In this document: one piece after another, positions 41,646-44,147 of the stretch
Layout of the letters: each line of letters starts with the position of its first letter
How positions within the stretch are numbered: the first letter of the stretch is position 1
Virus record (IMG/VR): IMGVR_UViG_3300031507_000015
Span: 1-44,147 of that record
Direction: 5' to 3' (one strand)
From: a virus
Length of the DNA stretch: 44,147 bases
Notes under the pieces: model-generated
The model's database searches: none
What the model saw: only the letters and a program-made list of their open reading frames with translations
Told to the model about the DNA's origin: nothing
Position numbers and translations under genes: made by a program

Positions 41646-41963
41646 GTGACCAACACAGGCATAGTGAAAAGTTCGACTCGGGTCGAAGATGACAGAGGCA
41701 AGACCGTTCTGAGAGTTGTGGTCGATTTCTACGATGGTGATGTGCCAGACATCAATATCGGAACGATCTGGAACGCCAGACCCGTCACCGTTATTGATCC
41801 CAGCATAACGGTGAGCAAAGGAAAGAGACATGAACGCACACGATGCAATCAAGATTGGAGAAGAGATCGCGCTGAAGCACAAGAAGAATGTGCTGGAAAT
41901 CATCGAAATGGGAGCCACGCCGGAGAAGGCGCTGGATGGCTGCATCGTCTCTCTAGCTGCTAA
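41646..41963 (+). CDS. Hypothetical protein (3' third doubtful)
   Basis: GTG start. The first ~60 aa look protein-like. The last ~45 codons are Arg-rich and overlap the next ORF. Confidence 0.35.
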   Translation: MTNTGIVKSSTRVEDDRGKTVLRVVVDFYDGDVPDINIGTIWNARPVTVIDPSITVSKGKRHERTRCNQDWRRDRAEAQEECAGNHRNGSHAGEGAGWLHRLSSC

Positions 41964-42018
41964 CATCATGGTCGTGCTCAACCGGGCCAAAGTGATCAAA
42001 CCTGACGATGTACTTTAA
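41830..42018 (+). CDS. Hypothetical protein
   Basis: 62 aa. AGGAAAG upstream. Confidence 0.5.
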   Translation: MNAHDAIKIGEEIALKHKKNVLEIIEMGATPEKALDGCIVSLAANIMVVLNRAKVIKPDDVL

Positions 42019-42043
42019 TAAGCTATTAAAAACGGAGAACAGC

Positions 42044-42232
42044 ATGAAGACCTTCGAAGCCATAGCACAGGCGATTCTCGACGACGACAAGGAGAATGGC
42101 CACGTCGGCGCGGATCAGCAATGGGGAAAGTATGAGAGCAACGCCAGGGCGGCATTAGAAGCTCTGAAGGATCGGCTCGCCGGAACCGTATGCGAGCCTG
42201 CTATCGATGCCATCCTCAAGGGAGAGACGTAG
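42044..42232 (+). CDS. Hypothetical protein, last gene of the rightward unit
   Basis: 62 aa from ATG 42044, with GGAG 6 nt upstream. Confidence 0.55.
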   Translation: MKTFEAIAQAILDDDKENGHVGADQQWGKYESNARAALEALKDRLAGTVCEPAIDAILKGET

Positions 42233-42268
42233 GCCCTCCGCGATCGAAAACCGCTATCAGGATGAGGA

Positions 42269-42406
42269 TCAGGAGGGTATATGCCGCGATGCCCATCGCT
42301 TGCGCTCCAACTTATCAGCGATCCAGCCGCATCCAACCCACAGAGCCCATGACGGCGCCAGCACAATCGCAGCCAGGATCATCAGCCATCGAACGAGGTT
42401 GATCAT
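42269..42406 (-). CDS. 45-aa single-TM micro-protein (not in the ORF track)
   Basis: My hand translation gives MINLVRWLMILAAIVLAPSWALWVGCGWIADKLERKRWASRHIPS. ATGA overlap with the upstream micro-ORF. Confidence 0.3.
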   Translation of the reverse strand: MINLVRWLMILAAIVLAPSWALWVGCGWIADKLERKRWASRHIPS

Positions 42407-42498
42407 ATGCCTACCGTCGCCCCGCGCGCTATTAGATACACGATCAGTAGCAGGCTGATTGCGCAGGGAATCGCGATATTGAAGATGAAGTACCCCAT
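42403..42498 (-). CDS. 31-aa single-TM micro-protein
   Basis: MGYFIFNIAIPCAISLLLIVYLIARGATVGI. GGAGGAG lies 4 nt upstream of ATG 42498. Confidence 0.35.
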   Translation of the reverse strand: MGYFIFNIAIPCAISLLLIVYLIARGATVGI

Positions 42499-42615
42499 CA
42501 AACTCCTCCGTTGAGAACGCTGAAGAACCCCCACAGGCCGGCTATAGCGCCGATGAACATGGCCCAGGCGCAGATCAGCGCTTCTTCGTCTGTACACCTG
42601 TCATAGGGCCTCATG

Positions 42616-42840
42616 TCAGTGGCACTGTTCTATCTCATACCCGTTTGTCGCTTGCTTCAGGCAGCGCTCATGGTCTTCGACATATGCCACTCTGGACTCA
42701 ATCACCATCCCAACAATGACGATGAGAGCGAGCGCTCCGACGAGAGCAACGATTCCCTCGATCGCATGCGCAATAACGTTCCTGACGGCCTGCCACGGAT
42801 CATCTGTCACGGACGTACCCCCATATTGATAATTTCCCAT
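42616..42840 (-). CDS. 74-aa single-TM protein
   Basis: From ATG 42840. TM is AIEGIVALVGALALIVIVGMVI. Confidence 0.4.
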   Translation of the reverse strand: MGNYQYGGTSVTDDPWQAVRNVIAHAIEGIVALVGALALIVIVGMVIESRVAYVEDHERCLKQATNGYEIEQCH

Positions 42841-42904
42841 AGCAGGTCGGTTGACGACACCCACCAAATTGCCAGACCAGCGCCGACAGCAATCCACATC
42901 AATT

Positions 42905-43282
42905 TCAAAACGGTCTCCTATGGATTCTCCACCATCCTGATCGTGCGGCCTGGTATCCGTGATCGTTTGGCGGATGCGGAGCACGATCGCGTAGGGATAT
43001 GATATTGACGACTAATATCCACGCGCCGCCGATGATGAATCCTGAAGCAACTAACGCAACTATTGGATGGATAATCCAATATTCGCGGAATCCAACCGTC
43101 AGAGCGATAAATATCGCATCTGCAAAGAACGCGCGTTTGCGGTCCTTGATGACACTGGGCTTGTCTGTTCTGTTGAGATGGAAATCGTCCAGAGCCATAT
43201 ATAAGACATATAGCAGAAGGCACGCTCCAGACATGGCTATGAACGAGTAAAAGCAGATGGATGCTTGGAGTAGATTATTCAT
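42905..43282 (-). CDS. Three-TM membrane protein
   Basis: 125 aa, AT-rich gene. Overlaps the upstream gene by 8 nt. Confidence 0.5.
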   Translation of the reverse strand: MNNLLQASICFYSFIAMSGACLLLYVLYMALDDFHLNRTDKPSVIKDRKRAFFADAIFIALTVGFREYWIIHPIVALVASGFIIGGAWILVVNIISLRDRAPHPPNDHGYQAARSGWWRIHRRPF

Positions 43283-43568
43283 TCTTTGTCTTTCCGAGCA
43301 AATCCAGTTTGCTAAACATCACCTCTATGAGCATGAACCAATGCTTTCCGGTGGCTCCAACTCCTAGAGAGATCAGTTCAAGAGGGAGCGGAATTACCTT
43401 AAACAACTGAGGAGCAAGAAGGTTCGCCATAATCATTCCGGTGACCAAGTTCCAGATGACATTTCGAGCCGATACCTTCTCCTCAACCCTATAGAGATGC
43501 AGAGCAGAACCAATAAATCCAAATGCAATGCACGAGATGTAGATGTGCTCAAAAACCTCATCAAGCAT
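43275..43568 (-). CDS. Holin-like three-TM protein
   Basis: 97 aa from ATG 43568 (8-nt overlap with the peptidase stop). AT-rich. Three hydrophobic segments. Confidence 0.5.
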   Translation of the reverse strand: MLDEVFEHIYISCIAFGFIGSALHLYRVEEKVSARNVIWNLVTGMIMANLLAPQLFKVIPLPLELISLGVGATGKHWFMLIEVMFSKLDLLGKTKNE

Positions 43569-44055
43569 TCGCCCCACCGTTGGCCATAGCTTCCAAAGTG
43601 CTTGTGAGCCAATAGAGCATCGTCGGGGTGATGCGGCCGGCCGGAACCTCCTTGTTCTCGGGGAGCAGCTTGCATGCCAAGAGAGCCGTTGCGATGAACT
43701 GAGTGCATTCCCATGCACCGGGCTCATGCCAGTTTCGGCTGGCGAACGGCCCCCAAAAGTAGACAACCGCAATGGGATCGTAGGGCTCATGGAGATGACT
43801 GCGCAGGAATGCGATGAATGCGTCTGCCTGCTCTTGAGTGGCCTTCAGCCTGACGAACAGTTCCCGCCTGAAGCCAGCATCATAGCCTGGCTTGAACTCC
43901 TGCACGCCGCCCAGAAGATGCGCACCGATATAGGTTCCGTCGTCTGTAACCCCGTCAACGTGCGATAGTTCGGAACCATATTGGGCAACGCCGATCAGCT
44001 TCGTAAATATACCGGCTTCCTGTTCCACAAACCGAAGTGTGATGAACGTAGTCAA
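43561..44055 (-). CDS. Permuted NlpC/P60 (YiiX-like) cysteine peptidase candidate
   Basis: 164 aa with a TTG start inside the terminal repeat. His-first order (SHVDG, GAHLL), then WECTQFIATAL with the candidate Cys. Confidence 0.45.
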   Translation of the reverse strand: MTTFITLRFVEQEAGIFTKLIGVAQYGSELSHVDGVTDDGTYIGAHLLGGVQEFKPGYDAGFRRELFVRLKATQEQADAFIAFLRSHLHEPYDPIAVVYFWGPFASRNWHEPGAWECTQFIATALLACKLLPENKEVPAGRITPTMLYWLTSTLEAMANGGANA

Positions 44056-44147
44056 ATTGTTAACTTAAATCTGGGCATGATGCATTTAACCATCTTCGGA
44101 GTCCTAAGCTCTGTGGTGGCCAGACCTGACCTAACCGTCTTTAGCGG
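44021..44147. repeat. Terminal direct repeat, right copy
   Basis: Identical base for base to 1..127. Confidence 0.97.

Noticed and set aside
1-44147. tRNA genes, CRISPR arrays, IS elements and integrase/attachment sites
   Set aside because: I scanned by eye for T-loop-like GGTTCGAATCC or GTTCAAATCC motifs, for regularly spaced repeats, and for transposase or recombinase-like translations. I found none.

Overview
This window is a complete tailed-phage genome. Bases 1-127 recur exactly at 44021-44147, so it is one 44,020-bp circular or terminally redundant unit.

**Type and host.** The architecture is podovirus-like: there are no tape-measure or tail-tube genes, but there is a block of large Gly/Ala/Gln-rich ejection proteins and a lysozyme-domain virion protein. 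Several families point to an alphaproteobacterial host: GapR/DUF2312, DUF1376, a 3-TM GTA-type holin and a COG5526-like lysozyme.

**Layout.** Two divergent transcription units leave a ~310-bp control region (28417-28740) that holds four copies of a 17-bp palindrome.
- Leftward (minus strand): Cro-like HTH, a tandem DnaA-domain-IV protein, GapR, DUF1376 and small regulators. Then come small and large terminase, a portal split into two ORFs, scaffold, major capsid, a decoration-like protein and a glycosyltransferase. These are followed by adaptor, fibre, beta-helix spike, tail hub, ejection proteins and a second fibre. The unit ends with a lysis cassette that runs across the circular junction and stops near 42270.
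- Rightward (plus strand, 28741-42232): about 45 mostly small early genes. They include Gp157-like/RecT recombination genes, four HNH endonucleases, a Lar-like protein and an orphan radical-SAM enzyme. An oppositely oriented RHH regulator with overlapping divergent promoters sits among them.

**Gene packing.** Genes are packed with stop/start overlaps, and several sub-60-codon genes are missing from the supplied ORF track.

**Not found.** I recognised no integrase, CI-type repressor, DNA polymerase, primase, helicase, tRNA or CRISPR array.

**Limits.** All homology statements come from reading the translations and from memory of protein families, not from database searches.
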